Translations under genes and position numbers: made by a program
Part shown: one piece after another, positions 1 through 9,589 of the stretch
Layout: every line of letters starts with the position of its first letter
Position numbering within the stretch: position 1 is the stretch's first letter
Origin: an uncultured bacterium
GTDB taxonomy: Bacteria; Hydrothermota; UBA3073; NMUJ01
DNA length: 54,334 nucleotides
Direction: 5' to 3'
NCBI GenBank assembly: GCA_965612795.1
Contig: CBFDTI010000003.1
Span: 1 to 54,334 of the forward strand
Notes under the pieces: model-generated
Databases searched by the model: none
Told to the model about the DNA's origin: nothing
The model's input: only the letters and a program-made list of their open reading frames with translations

Positions 1-489
1 CCCAGTAAGCCTCAACGCCCTATAACCGATAACACCTGCACATAAGAGTGGTGCCGCCTCTGTATCAGTAAACCTATCAGGTATCAGGTACGCAAAATCT
101 TCTGTCACCACGGTATACTCAGCATACCCACCGTCGACATCACACCCTGTAGCCTTGAACTCAGGGCATAGGTTTTCGTTACCTTCACGACAGAACCGAC
201 ATCTTCCACAAGCTGAGTTTATCCACGCAATCCCCACACGGTCGCCGGGCTTGAATTTAGTAACCCCCGCCCCTAATTTCTCCACCCTTCCGACAATCTC
301 ATGCCCCAGAATTATCGGTAGCTTCGGCCGTAACCTACCCTCGATCTCATCCAGCTCAGTATGACACACACCACAGGCTAAGACCTTAACCAGTATCTGT
401 CTATCACCAGGCTCAGGTATCGGAAGCTCAACCAGCTCCAACGGCTTCTCCTCGACAGGTGCTATCCTTCTTAAGATTTGTGCCTTCAT
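1..489 (-). CDS. Zinc-dependent alcohol dehydrogenase (MDR family), 5' part; runs off the window start
   Basis: Not in the ORF track. Manual translation from ATG at 489: MKAQILRRIAPVEEKPLELVELPIPEPGDRQILVKVLACGVCHTEL...ILGHEIVGRV...ACGRCRFCREGNENLC...AAPLLCAGVIGYRAL. This contains the catalytic-Zn GxCHT/GHE motifs and the structural-Zn CxxCxxCx7C motif. Confidence 0.93.
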   Translation of the reverse strand, partial: MKAQILRRIAPVEEKPLELVELPIPEPGDRQILVKVLACGVCHTELDEIEGRLRPKLPIILGHEIVGRVEKLGAGVTKFKPGDRVGIAWINSACGRCRFCREGNENLCPEFKATGCDVDGGYAEYTVVTEDFAYLIPDRFTDTEAAPLLCAGVIGYRALRLTG

Positions 490-580
490 CTTGCGATATA
501 CATAATGCAAACCGCACGCATGTCAATCAGCAGTTGCTGGACATCTTACGTATTAGTTCATCATTAATAAAGCAGGAGGT

Positions 581-2482
581 ATGATGTGGGTCATGCTTCT
601 ATTAGCTCTTGTCCATCTTGACGGTAAGCCCATGCTCGCCAGTAACTACCGTATCTGCAATCTGTTTGATACCACCCATACTTATGATGTACTTCACTAC
701 AGGATAGCACTCGATATCGACCCCAGTGACGGTGTTGTCAACTCCGCACAAACCACCATCAACCTACGTGTGACGGTAGCTACACTGGATACGTTCGACC
801 TATACTTTGCCGGTATGATCGTCGATAGCGTGTTTGTTGACACCTCAGCTGCTGCCTTTGTACGGCTTGCTGATACTTTAAGGATCGTCTCACCGATACG
901 TTACTACTTAGGTGATAGCCTCGATATCACCGTATTCTATCATGGTGAGCCATCACATACGGGTGGGTTCGGTGGTGGCCTATACATACGTGCTTGGTAT
1001 GTATATACGAGCTTCAACCCCGATGGCCCAAGGTATTGGTTCCCATGTTACGACTATCCATGGGATAAAGCTACTGCTGAGATCATTGTGACACTACCTG
1101 TGGAGTTCTACACCGTAGCGAATGGTAAACTCATCTCCGTCGACACCGTAGGTGAGCGTGCAACTTATCACTGGTACGAGTCATACCCCATAGCCACGTA
1201 TTTGATAGCGATTGCAAGTTATCGCAACTTCACCACCTACAGCGATACGGTGATACTTGACACCGATACGTTACCCATCTACACGTGGTTACGTCATTAT
1301 AATACCGAGTACGCAGGGTACTTTGAACCCGTCCCTGAGATGGTTGAATACTTCTCACAACTGTTTGGCATGTATCCATTCATGGGTGAGAAGTTCTCCA
1401 ACGTTGACGTACCGCTCGGCTATGCGATGGAGAACCAAACCTGTGTATTTATCGATCTCAACGTACCATGGTCGGATCTCACCAGTGTCATCGCACATGA
1501 GTTATCACACCAGTGGTGGGGTGATTGTGTCACACTTGGTACATGGGCAGATGTGTGGCTAAACGAAGGGTTTGCCACCTACTGTGAAGCATTATGGGCG
1601 GAACATACTGATGGGTTTAACGGTTACATCGATTATATGCAACATATAATGCAAACTTACCTATCATACGAACCCTATCCACCTTATCCGATATATAACC
1701 CAGGTGCCTCACTCTGGCAGATGTACTCCGTTGTCACCTACGAGAAGGGTGCTTCTGTACTACACATGTTACGCTATATACTGGGGGATTCGACCTTCTT
1801 CAACACGTTACGAACGTATTTCAACACCTACGCATACGGTAATGCAGTGACAAGCGAACTACAACAGATGTTCGAATCCACAAGCGGTCAGGATTTGGAT
1901 TGGTTCTTCACCGAATGGATATACCTGCCAGGACATCCAATCTATAAAGCATATTGGGGTTACCAACCAGCTGGTGGCGATACCAACCATGTCACGTTAC
2001 GTATACTGCAGATACAGAGCCACAATTATGGTGTACCCACATACATCATGCCGATAGAGGTGCTCATCACAACAACCCAATCCGACACCATGTTTACGGT
2101 TTGGGATAGCTTAGATGACCAATGGTTTGAATTCAACGTGGTTGGTACCCCCACATCGGTAGAGATCGACCCCACCGGCTGGCTACTGTGTGAAAAACAG
2201 GTGATATGGGTTGACGAGCTACCACAGGTTATGGAGCAGTTACGGGTTACACCAACAGTAAGTAACGGCCAGCTACATCTGGAACTTATGATGGCAGAAC
2301 CACAGGATATCAATGTAAATATAGTCGACATGTTGGGTCGCACAGTATATCAGATATTTGCACCCCACACCACGCGGTTAGATCGGTGGCTCAACGTTAG
2401 CCAGCTACCTGCAGGTTGTTACTTCATACGTGTAGATGCTGCCACCCGCACGTGGGTAACACGTGTGCTGCTACTGAAATGA
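581..2482 (+). CDS. Secreted M1-family aminopeptidase with C-terminal T9SS-like sorting domain
   Basis: GYAMEN (GAMEN-like) and HELSH-x18-E (WLNEGFA) zinc motif, YEKGA tyrosine, hydrophobic N-terminus, C-terminal 'IVDMLGRTV...LPAGCYFIRV' domain. RBS aggagg upstream. Confidence 0.9.
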   Translation: MMWVMLLLALVHLDGKPMLASNYRICNLFDTTHTYDVLHYRIALDIDPSDGVVNSAQTTINLRVTVATLDTFDLYFAGMIVDSVFVDTSAAAFVRLADTLRIVSPIRYYLGDSLDITVFYHGEPSHTGGFGGGLYIRAWYVYTSFNPDGPRYWFPCYDYPWDKATAEIIVTLPVEFYTVANGKLISVDTVGERATYHWYESYPIATYLIAIASYRNFTTYSDTVILDTDTLPIYTWLRHYNTEYAGYFEPVPEMVEYFSQLFGMYPFMGEKFSNVDVPLGYAMENQTCVFIDLNVPWSDLTSVIAHELSHQWWGDCVTLGTWADVWLNEGFATYCEALWAEHTDGFNGYIDYMQHIMQTYLSYEPYPPYPIYNPGASLWQMYSVVTYEKGASVLHMLRYILGDSTFFNTLRTYFNTYAYGNAVTSELQQMFESTSGQDLDWFFTEWIYLPGHPIYKAYWGYQPAGGDTNHVTLRILQIQSHNYGVPTYIMPIEVLITTTQSDTMFTVWDSLDDQWFEFNVVGTPTSVEIDPTGWLLCEKQVIWVDELPQVMEQLRVTPTVSNGQLHLELMMAEPQDINVNIVDMLGRTVYQIFAPHTTRLDRWLNVSQLPAGCYFIRVDAATRTWVTRVLLLK

Positions 2483-3105
2483 TCGCGATCTGGTTAAGCT
2501 CTTTAATCCATAGTGTATCAAACCCTGCCAATACCAGCTACTACCCGCTTATCCCACACAGCTACTACGTGTATAGGTCGAACCTTGGGCAACTCACCAT
2601 AACCGTGGTCAAAGATACCGGTGAGAACAACCTCATACGTATAGAAAAGGCGCCATATGGTACATCTAAGGAGTACCTCACCATACAACCTGACGGCGTA
2701 TATTGTCGGGGGCGTGAGATTAAGTTCTTCATCGGTGGTACTTCATACTGGTACAAGCCTCCCAAACCACGCATAAAGTGGCCATTAATAGTTGACACCT
2801 GCTGGCACTGGTACGGTAAGAAACTTGTGGACGATACAAGCTACGACGCTATAGCTACCATCTCAGTAATAGGGGTAGATACCGTTGATGTACCCGCGGG
2901 TAGGTTCATATGTATCAAGTTAACCGACGAATTACGTGTAAGTGACGGTACACAGTCACGATCAACCATATGGCTGGCACCCGGTGTGGGTGTGGTCAAG
3001 CTCGAAGCCAAGTGTGCAGCAAAAGGTATCCTCGGTGCGGTACAGAAGCTATTACATGCAGATACAGTAAGTGTCGAGCTTGAATCCTATCAACCTAAAT
3101 ATTAG
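2479..3105 (+). CDS. Hypothetical exported beta-rich protein
   Basis: ATG at 2479 overlaps the aminopeptidase stop (ATGA). Contains 'VDVPAGRF.C.K' and 'WLAPGVGVVK' motifs typical of a widespread uncharacterised beta-sheet family (DUF3108/TapB-like). Confidence 0.6.
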   Translation: MIAIWLSSLIHSVSNPANTSYYPLIPHSYYVYRSNLGQLTITVVKDTGENNLIRIEKAPYGTSKEYLTIQPDGVYCRGREIKFFIGGTSYWYKPPKPRIKWPLIVDTCWHWYGKKLVDDTSYDAIATISVIGVDTVDVPAGRFICIKLTDELRVSDGTQSRSTIWLAPGVGVVKLEAKCAAKGILGAVQKLLHADTVSVELESYQPKY

Positions 3106-3255
3106 AATATGGGACGATTCTTCATCACCCTTCTCCTTTATATCGGGGGGCCAAGAGCTATGGGGTTCTTTCTTAAACCCTTATGTGCTTGTTGAGATGG
3201 AAAAATAAGGTTGGCAAAAGCAAAATTTGTTATATTTTGATCTTTGGAGTAAGTT

Positions 3256-3618
3256 ATGATTATAAAAGATGTACACAAATGTAAGGAAATAATCGCAAAG
3301 GATAACTCAATCTTAAAGGAATTATTGAGCCCTTTAAAAGAGCACCTCGCCATAAGGTATAGTCTTGCTCATGCAAGGGTTAAGCCTGGTGAAACCACCC
3401 TACCCCATAGGTTAAAGAGCTCAGAAGTCTACTATATACTGGAAGGGAAAGGCGAAATGTACATAGATGACGAAAAGGCGAAAGTATCCGCTGGACAAGT
3501 AATCTATATTCCACCAAACTCAGTTCAGAGAATAAAGAATATTGGGACGAACGATTTAATATTTTTGTGCATTGTAGATCCAGCCTGGAAACCTGAAGAT
3601 GAAGAATTGGTAGAGTGA
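3256..3618 (+). CDS. Cupin-domain protein
   Basis: PGETTLPHRLKSSEVYYILEGKGEM...GQVIYIPPN cupin motifs 1 and 2; ggag RBS. AT-rich with AGG/AGA Arg codons, unlike its neighbours. Confidence 0.85.
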   Translation: MIIKDVHKCKEIIAKDNSILKELLSPLKEHLAIRYSLAHARVKPGETTLPHRLKSSEVYYILEGKGEMYIDDEKAKVSAGQVIYIPPNSVQRIKNIGTNDLIFLCIVDPAWKPEDEELVE

Positions 3619-3672
3619 TAAACAGATCAAAATTGCTCTCACTAACAGCGGATGAAATGAGTATAAACCAGA

Positions 3673-3699
3673 TTGACGTCCACCTATATCTGCTATAAT
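3673..3699 (+). promoter_or_regulatory. Putative sigma70-type promoter TTGACG-N15-TATAAT (with extended -10 TG)
   Basis: TTGACG 3673-3678, TATAAT 3694-3699, upstream of the C26 hydrolase operon. Confidence 0.7.
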
Positions 3700-3723
3700 T
3701 CTTTTATAGCTAAGAGGGTGAAA

Positions 3724-4407
3724 ATGGTCATCATCGGCATAACATGTAAAAGTGACACCAAAAGTTTTTATTTACCGCGCCCATATGTGATGGCGGTCAC
3801 AGCTGCTGGTGGTACACCGTTGGTTTTACCACATGTGGACGGCACCTGTATCGATGAGCTATCTAACCTGCTGGATGGGTTGTTGCTTGCAGGTGGTGGC
3901 GACATACATCCGATGTTTTATGGAGGTACAGATTCTGACAAGCTCAAACGTGTCGACCCCACACGCGATCGTTTCGAACTCACATTGGTTAAGCGGTTCG
4001 CACGTACCGGTAAACCCATACTCGGTATATGTCGTGGTATGCAGGTGTTGAACGTAGCGTTTGGTGGCAACTTATATCATGATGTGGGTGAGCTCACCGA
4101 TGTGAACCACTGGCAGAAAGCACCCGAACATGAACCCACACATACGATAACATTGAAAGAGGGTACACTGTTGCACAAAATCATGGGCCAAACAACCCTT
4201 ATGGTGAATAGCTTCCATCATCAAGCAGTCAAAACCGTCGCGGATGGGTTCATCGTCTCTGCGTTGGCTGAGGATGGTATCATCGAGGCTATCGAACACC
4301 CCGATTATGGGTTTATGTTAGGTGTACAGTTTCATCCCGAATATATGTACGAAAGTGACCCCTTCAACAAACTATTTGCCGCATTTGTAGCCGCATGCAA
4401 AAGATGA
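3724..4407 (+). CDS. Gamma-glutamyl-gamma-aminobutyrate hydrolase-like peptidase C26 (class I glutamine amidotransferase; PuuD-like)
   Basis: LLLAGGGDIHP, ILGICRGMQ (catalytic Cys), VNSFHHQAV, GVQFHPE (His-Glu). Start set at ATG 3724 after gaggg RBS. Confidence 0.9.
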   Translation: MVIIGITCKSDTKSFYLPRPYVMAVTAAGGTPLVLPHVDGTCIDELSNLLDGLLLAGGGDIHPMFYGGTDSDKLKRVDPTRDRFELTLVKRFARTGKPILGICRGMQVLNVAFGGNLYHDVGELTDVNHWQKAPEHEPTHTITLKEGTLLHKIMGQTTLMVNSFHHQAVKTVADGFIVSALAEDGIIEAIEHPDYGFMLGVQFHPEYMYESDPFNKLFAAFVAACKR

Positions 4408-5573
4408 TACAGAGGTTAATCGCCGAGGTCGAGGATATACAAAAGTTGCGTGAGTTCAACGATGGTGGGGTCAGCATCTGTGAAGCCAAACTCAAAGTAC
4501 GCATTATTGACAGCATACTGAAAACCAAGCTACCCAGGGGTACGAAGGGTAAAACTGGTGTCATAGTACGTAGATGCATACATCACGTACCGAGATTGGG
4601 TGACCACATCGTACTCACAGAGGATGAGACTCGCAAGTTCATAAAAGCTGACGTTACTACCCGTAGAGTGCTACAGAACAGATTCGTACGTGTGGCGATA
4701 CTTGAGCCACTTGGTGCAAGGATCGGTTCACTGGCCTACAAACCGCGTGGAATGGATATCTTTGCACCGCGGCTGGACCTACAGAAGACGGGTTGGCTGT
4801 ATTATGGTGGTATACTTGATACGTTATCGTTTGATGATGTCACCAGCTTATGGAATAAAGAGTATAAACATACCGTCAAAGGATACGAATACAAAAAGGG
4901 TAAGCTTAAGCTATTGAAACACATATCCACGCTACGTGAGCTACCTGCTGTGTACATGGATTACTCCATAACCGTAGGCTATAAGCGGAAGCTGGATTTC
5001 GGTCACCACATCATGTTACCACGACATGGGTTGGGGCAACACAATATCGTATTTATGCCGTTGGGTGATAGGGTCGAACATCTACGGTATCGACGCCCTT
5101 TAGCACCATGGATAAGGCTACACGACTATTCTGGGCTAAAAGCTGGTGGGTTCATATACGTAGATGAGCAACGTGGCATCTGCTTATTATGTTGTGCTGC
5201 AGCTGATAAGATTGAAGTTGTAAGGATTAGCCCCCACCAGCAGGGGTTGACGGTTACGCTTATGTTCCAACGCAAGGAAGTGACACCCACCACCGTAGCC
5301 AAGTACAGGGTACTTTACCTTGTGGGTGAATCCTTCCATGTGGATAAGTATACGGTTGCAATCATTGCACGTAATGTGGTGGATAAAAAATTCATCTCCA
5401 TCGTACGTAGTGGTAAGACACCCTCGTACCTGTATCTATCGGTTCATGGTATGGACATAAAGCTGAAACTCTCACAGAAGACGTTACCAGGTATCGGCAC
5501 ACTCTACGTAGCAGAACATAAACCCATGTTGATGCCAACCGAAGTCAAAATCAAAGGGGTAACCTATGCGTAA
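4404..5573 (+). CDS. Hypothetical protein, possibly with a galactose-mutarotase-like supersandwich domain
   Basis: ATG 4404 overlaps the previous stop (ATGA). 'VLQNRFVRVAILEPLGARIGSLAYKPRGMDIF' resembles the N-terminal strands of aldose-epimerase/DUF5107-type folds. Overlaps the next gene. Confidence 0.55.
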   Translation: MIQRLIAEVEDIQKLREFNDGGVSICEAKLKVRIIDSILKTKLPRGTKGKTGVIVRRCIHHVPRLGDHIVLTEDETRKFIKADVTTRRVLQNRFVRVAILEPLGARIGSLAYKPRGMDIFAPRLDLQKTGWLYYGGILDTLSFDDVTSLWNKEYKHTVKGYEYKKGKLKLLKHISTLRELPAVYMDYSITVGYKRKLDFGHHIMLPRHGLGQHNIVFMPLGDRVEHLRYRRPLAPWIRLHDYSGLKAGGFIYVDEQRGICLLCCAAADKIEVVRISPHQQGLTVTLMFQRKEVTPTTVAKYRVLYLVGESFHVDKYTVAIIARNVVDKKFISIVRSGKTPSYLYLSVHGMDIKLKLSQKTLPGIGTLYVAEHKPMLMPTEVKIKGVTYA

Positions 5574-6774
5574 ATTCTCACCCATAACCTTTGGTTACGA
5601 ATGGGAATGCCTCCTACTTAAGAATGATCTGAGTTTAGCCAACGAGCGCGATACTCGTGAGGTCGCCAACCACATACGTGCTATGATAAAGGGGTCAGAA
5701 ACCGGTGTCGATTATATACATATGTTGGGGTTGATGCTCGAGTTACGTTCACCTATACTGCGAAATTTTGGCGAATTACGTGAATCCACAGCCACCCATA
5801 TACGTGCTGTGTATGATGAATGTAACAAGCGCAAGCTACTATTCTTACCCGCAGGTGGCCACCCCGCACTCGGTAACGCGGTCGGTTTACACGTACACGT
5901 AGGTAGTATCTACAGCTATCCAGCTGCTACTAAGATAGCTAATAGTTTCATGCGATACGCACCTTGTTTTATAGCACTTGCAGCTAATTCACCCATCTAC
6001 GGTGATAGAGTAGGTGAGTTCAAAAGCTATCGCATATTGACGCATGCGGATTTCTGCTCAGTAACGCGGTTGTTGATACAACCCAACCTTGCACAATGGC
6101 ATTGGGGTGAAGATGTCTGTGTGAAGGTTGATTGGCACTCGACTATCGAGCTACGTGTGGGTGATGGTGCCAGCTCGATAGAATTTGTCACCGAATACGT
6201 GGCGTTCGTCACCGCATTTATGCTGAGAATAGCGGAAGAGCCGCTCACCAAACCGAACGTATCGCAATATGAGGAGTACCTTATCAACCGCTGGCGTGCA
6301 GCTAAGTATGGATTACAGGCGACATTCGATTGGGACGGCCACCCTGTACCAGTAGCTGATATATTGGATGAGATGCTGGCTATGGCAAGGTTCGACCTTA
6401 TAGCAATGGATAGGCTCAAACTTATCCCCAAGATGGTAGCTACCCGTCAAACCCAGGCAGATTGGCAGCTTATGCTTTACAAAACCGTAAACGATACATT
6501 TGCATACACGAGGATGTTGATCGATATTGTCAAAACCGATGACCCATTCACCAAGTATATAGAGAATGCACCCACTTTACCCGTGTGTAAACCCGAACCT
6601 ATCGAGAATTACATATTGGCAAACATCGAAAAAGAAACCCCTTACAGTATGCTGTATGACCTGCTGTTGATGCCGTATGGTATGCTGGATAAATATCTCA
6701 ACAAGCTCATCAAAACGGGTCAAATCCGTATGCAATGCGATCCACGCTACGGTAAGCGGTTCACCCGCGTATAA
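5566..6774 (+). CDS. Glutamate-cysteine ligase family 2 (GCS2/YbdK-like) carboxylate-amine ligase
   Basis: TFGYEWE, GLHVHVG, ALAANSP, TIELRVGD and NRWRAAKYGL are YbdK/GCS2 signature motifs. Has an extra C-terminal segment of about 60 aa. Confidence 0.85.
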   Translation: MRKFSPITFGYEWECLLLKNDLSLANERDTREVANHIRAMIKGSETGVDYIHMLGLMLELRSPILRNFGELRESTATHIRAVYDECNKRKLLFLPAGGHPALGNAVGLHVHVGSIYSYPAATKIANSFMRYAPCFIALAANSPIYGDRVGEFKSYRILTHADFCSVTRLLIQPNLAQWHWGEDVCVKVDWHSTIELRVGDGASSIEFVTEYVAFVTAFMLRIAEEPLTKPNVSQYEEYLINRWRAAKYGLQATFDWDGHPVPVADILDEMLAMARFDLIAMDRLKLIPKMVATRQTQADWQLMLYKTVNDTFAYTRMLIDIVKTDDPFTKYIENAPTLPVCKPEPIENYILANIEKETPYSMLYDLLLMPYGMLDKYLNKLIKTGQIRMQCDPRYGKRFTRV

Positions 6775-6775
6775 A

Positions 6776-9589
6776 TTACCGCACCACTATAGCTTTACGA
6801 GTTACTTGTTGATCACCTGCACGTAGCTGTATAAAGTAGACGCCTGCTGGTACGTGGTTACCGGATGAGTTGGTACCATCCCACTCCACCTCGTATATAC
6901 CAGTACTTCGGGTAGCATCTACCAACTTACGTACGAGCCGACCACTCAAATCGTATATGTTGATCGTCACATGTACGTTTTCACCTATAATATGGTAAGC
7001 GATTGTTGTCCTATTATGGAATGGATTCGGCACGTTAGGGAATAGCTGCATAACGGTTGGTTTGGCCACGATACGTTCCTCCACCCCCGGTATTATCCTG
7101 CGTGCGACAAACTTCACATACCGTTGTTCGCCTCGCAGTAGATCGGGTTGCCCCTCATACCATACATACATGAGTGCAAAGTTATCGGTGATAACCACAT
7201 CGAGTGCATCTGTATCGATAACCTCAACACTATCCACACGCCATGGGAATAGCACAATGGGAGATCGGTACCCCCATTTACCGGTGTAACCTGGACGGCC
7301 GGTGCGATTCATAGTTATACGGAAGATTATGGTATCACGGTCGTCACCTGGTATCACTATCAGTTCTTTAGTGTAAAGCAACGTATCATACACAGCATCG
7401 TCAGGTATCCTTGCATCAAGTGCGGGATCACAATATATTGCGGCACCATCGAGGTCGTCAGGTTCACCAATCCCTGGTGTATTGTTGTCGAGATCAAACT
7501 TAAATACTTGGTTACCAAGATAGAAAGCCACAGGGAAGGAGTAATGATCCTGCCTACAGAAGTATGCCTTGGTAGCACCCAACTGATAACTATAAGGGCC
7601 TTCCAATATCACATACCCACAGTAGATGACAGCACCCCCATTACGTATCCATGCAGGTGCCATACAGTGTGGGCCAAATATCTGTGCAATGTTGCAGTTA
7701 CCTAACCCAAAGTATATCTTGGGGTTGGGCGAAACTATCGGTAAGGTATCATGTTCGTGTGTCTCACCGAACAGGAACCCGTAATCACTCGACCAAAAGT
7801 ACCCCTCCTCCCCAGGTGTTGGATAATGTAGCTGCCATACGTTATAGTTACCATGCCCACTGGTGAAGAATATATCAACTGAATCACCAAATATCAAACT
7901 ATCACCATTGAGCATACTCACCAGCCATGCAGTGCGATCGGTGGGTCCATCATCATACTGCACCGGCTGTATAGCATCCGGATACTTGATCCAATACCTG
8001 CCATAGGTTGCCTCACTGGTGGCTATACCCTGTGGGAAGTACCTCGCATCACAGCATGCGGTACCACCCAACACTGTACGTATCCATAGGGGTTGATTGC
8101 AGGTGACTAACTTCATTGCATCGGATGCATCACATCCGGTAACTATACCCCATATCGCATCACCGTACGGGTCGTCATCCAACATCCTGGTAAATGGCCA
8201 CACCTGCTCCTGTATAAATGATGGATCCGCCTCCTCCAGCTTACACACAAACGCTATGTAGTCCGGTCGATACTCGGCTACTTCATCGAGTATCGGCCAT
8301 ATAGTGGCTGAGTATGTGAACACCTCACCGTTATGCCGCTGTACTAATGCATCTACGACTGCAGCCCAGTCGGGATCGCTGAGTGTTGCCTCACTTACAA
8401 TTACCGCGTACCGATAAGTTGGTATCTCACGCTGATATATGGTAAAATAACCATCGGATGTATCTTCACCTGATAGTCCAGCGATATCGAACACCTTCAC
8501 CCGTACCATACATGTAGCTGATGGTGTGTTGGGTATCCTCCACCAGTAGCTACCGGGATTACCTTCTTGATAAGTTATAGGTACCCATGTAGCACCACCA
8601 TCTATTGAGTAATACAGTGAATCACCGGCTATAGCACCATTATCGGTAGCAGTCCACGTTATCTGGTAGACATCACCCGTACCCCATAGCTCACCACCGT
8701 TGGGTGATATCAGGTTAACCGTCGGCGGTATGGTATCTGGTACAATGGTGAAGTAACTATCTGATACATCCTCTCCCCTATTACCCCATGGATCGAATGC
8801 TACAACTTTCACCATACATAGGTCTGATGGTGTATTGGGTACCATCCACTCGTAACTGCCGGGGTTACCCATCATCCACGCCAGAGGTAACCAATTTGTA
8901 CCGCCGTCTGTTGTGTAATAGATTGAGTCCATCACCACCGTGCTAGTATCGTATGCGTACCAGGTTATGGAGTGTAGCTCACCCACACCCCATGCTTCAC
9001 CACCGTTGGGTGATATGACCTCAACCTCAGGTGGGGTAAACTCCTCACTCACCGGCATAAAGTAGAAATCGTCCACCCTTATCCAGCCATCATGTGTCGA
9101 CATACCCGCAGATGATGATAGATCCTCGAGAAATACCTCTACGGTTACAACCTCTCCCTTAAAGTCGGATACGTCCATAAACCGTTCTGTCCAGTCTATC
9201 TCCTCCGTGCTACCAGTACCTTCGTGATATTCCAGGTAGATAGTGTCACCTCCCTCGGTTATCAACCTAACACCCATTGCAGGTGCACGTCTATCCAACC
9301 AATACCTAATCCAATAATGTAACGTATCAGCGATAACTACCACGGCTTGCCTTATATAAGCGTAACGTGGTGTACCAGTGTTACCTGTTACATTCTCTAT
9401 CATCGCACAGTAATCACCCTGTATAGCTTCAGTATCCTGTAGTGTCACAGTAGGTGTAGGGGGGCCACCACCCAGCTCTACCTGCCAACCACCCTCGGTT
9501 TCGAAATCGCCATTAACAAATTGGCCTGCTGCGTTCACCCCGTATGTAAACAACAGCGCACCAAACATAAAGCAGATGAAACGTTTCAT
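6776..9589 (-). CDS. Large secreted protein: N-terminal beta domain, two Ig-like repeats, clan CD (gingipain/C25-like) cysteine-peptidase-like domain, FlgD-Ig/T9SS-like C-terminal domain
   Basis: Signal peptide; two 'SPNGGE.W' repeats; 'FFTSGHG' and 'GLGNCNIA' His/Cys dyad context; C-terminus 'PNPFH...IYDLSGRLVRKL...WDGTN..G..VPAGVYF'. Confidence 0.65.
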   Translation of the reverse strand: MKRFICFMFGALLFTYGVNAAGQFVNGDFETEGGWQVELGGGPPTPTVTLQDTEAIQGDYCAMIENVTGNTGTPRYAYIRQAVVVIADTLHYWIRYWLDRRAPAMGVRLITEGGDTIYLEYHEGTGSTEEIDWTERFMDVSDFKGEVVTVEVFLEDLSSSAGMSTHDGWIRVDDFYFMPVSEEFTPPEVEVISPNGGEAWGVGELHSITWYAYDTSTVVMDSIYYTTDGGTNWLPLAWMMGNPGSYEWMVPNTPSDLCMVKVVAFDPWGNRGEDVSDSYFTIVPDTIPPTVNLISPNGGELWGTGDVYQITWTATDNGAIAGDSLYYSIDGGATWVPITYQEGNPGSYWWRIPNTPSATCMVRVKVFDIAGLSGEDTSDGYFTIYQREIPTYRYAVIVSEATLSDPDWAAVVDALVQRHNGEVFTYSATIWPILDEVAEYRPDYIAFVCKLEEADPSFIQEQVWPFTRMLDDDPYGDAIWGIVTGCDASDAMKLVTCNQPLWIRTVLGGTACCDARYFPQGIATSEATYGRYWIKYPDAIQPVQYDDGPTDRTAWLVSMLNGDSLIFGDSVDIFFTSGHGNYNVWQLHYPTPGEEGYFWSSDYGFLFGETHEHDTLPIVSPNPKIYFGLGNCNIAQIFGPHCMAPAWIRNGGAVIYCGYVILEGPYSYQLGATKAYFCRQDHYSFPVAFYLGNQVFKFDLDNNTPGIGEPDDLDGAAIYCDPALDARIPDDAVYDTLLYTKELIVIPGDDRDTIIFRITMNRTGRPGYTGKWGYRSPIVLFPWRVDSVEVIDTDALDVVITDNFALMYVWYEGQPDLLRGEQRYVKFVARRIIPGVEERIVAKPTVMQLFPNVPNPFHNRTTIAYHIIGENVHVTINIYDLSGRLVRKLVDATRSTGIYEVEWDGTNSSGNHVPAGVYFIQLRAGDQQVTRKAIVVR
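8430..9034 (-). repeat. Two tandem Ig-like protein repeats of about 102 aa (306-nt period)
   Basis: PPEVEVISPNGGEAWGVGELHSITW...IYYTTDGGTNW...GSYEWMVPNTPS starts at 9034; PPTVNLISPNGGELWGTGDVYQITW...LYYSIDGGATW...GSYWWRIPNTPS starts at 8728. Confidence 0.85.

Noticed and set aside
155-364. 69-aa plus-strand ORF in the track
   Set aside because: Antisense shadow of the minus-strand alcohol dehydrogenase (1-489), which has clear motifs.
495-526. TTGACA upstream of the alcohol dehydrogenase (and TTGACG at 10544-10549 upstream of DUF4438)
   Set aside because: No clean TAnnnT at 15-18 nt, so they were not listed as promoters nor counted toward the 15-bp spacer pattern.
3205-3660. Possible integron cassette around the cupin (GTTGGCA upstream, CACTAAC after the stop)
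   Set aside because: No attC-like inverted repeat follows CACTAAC, the two boxes match poorly, and no integrase is present.
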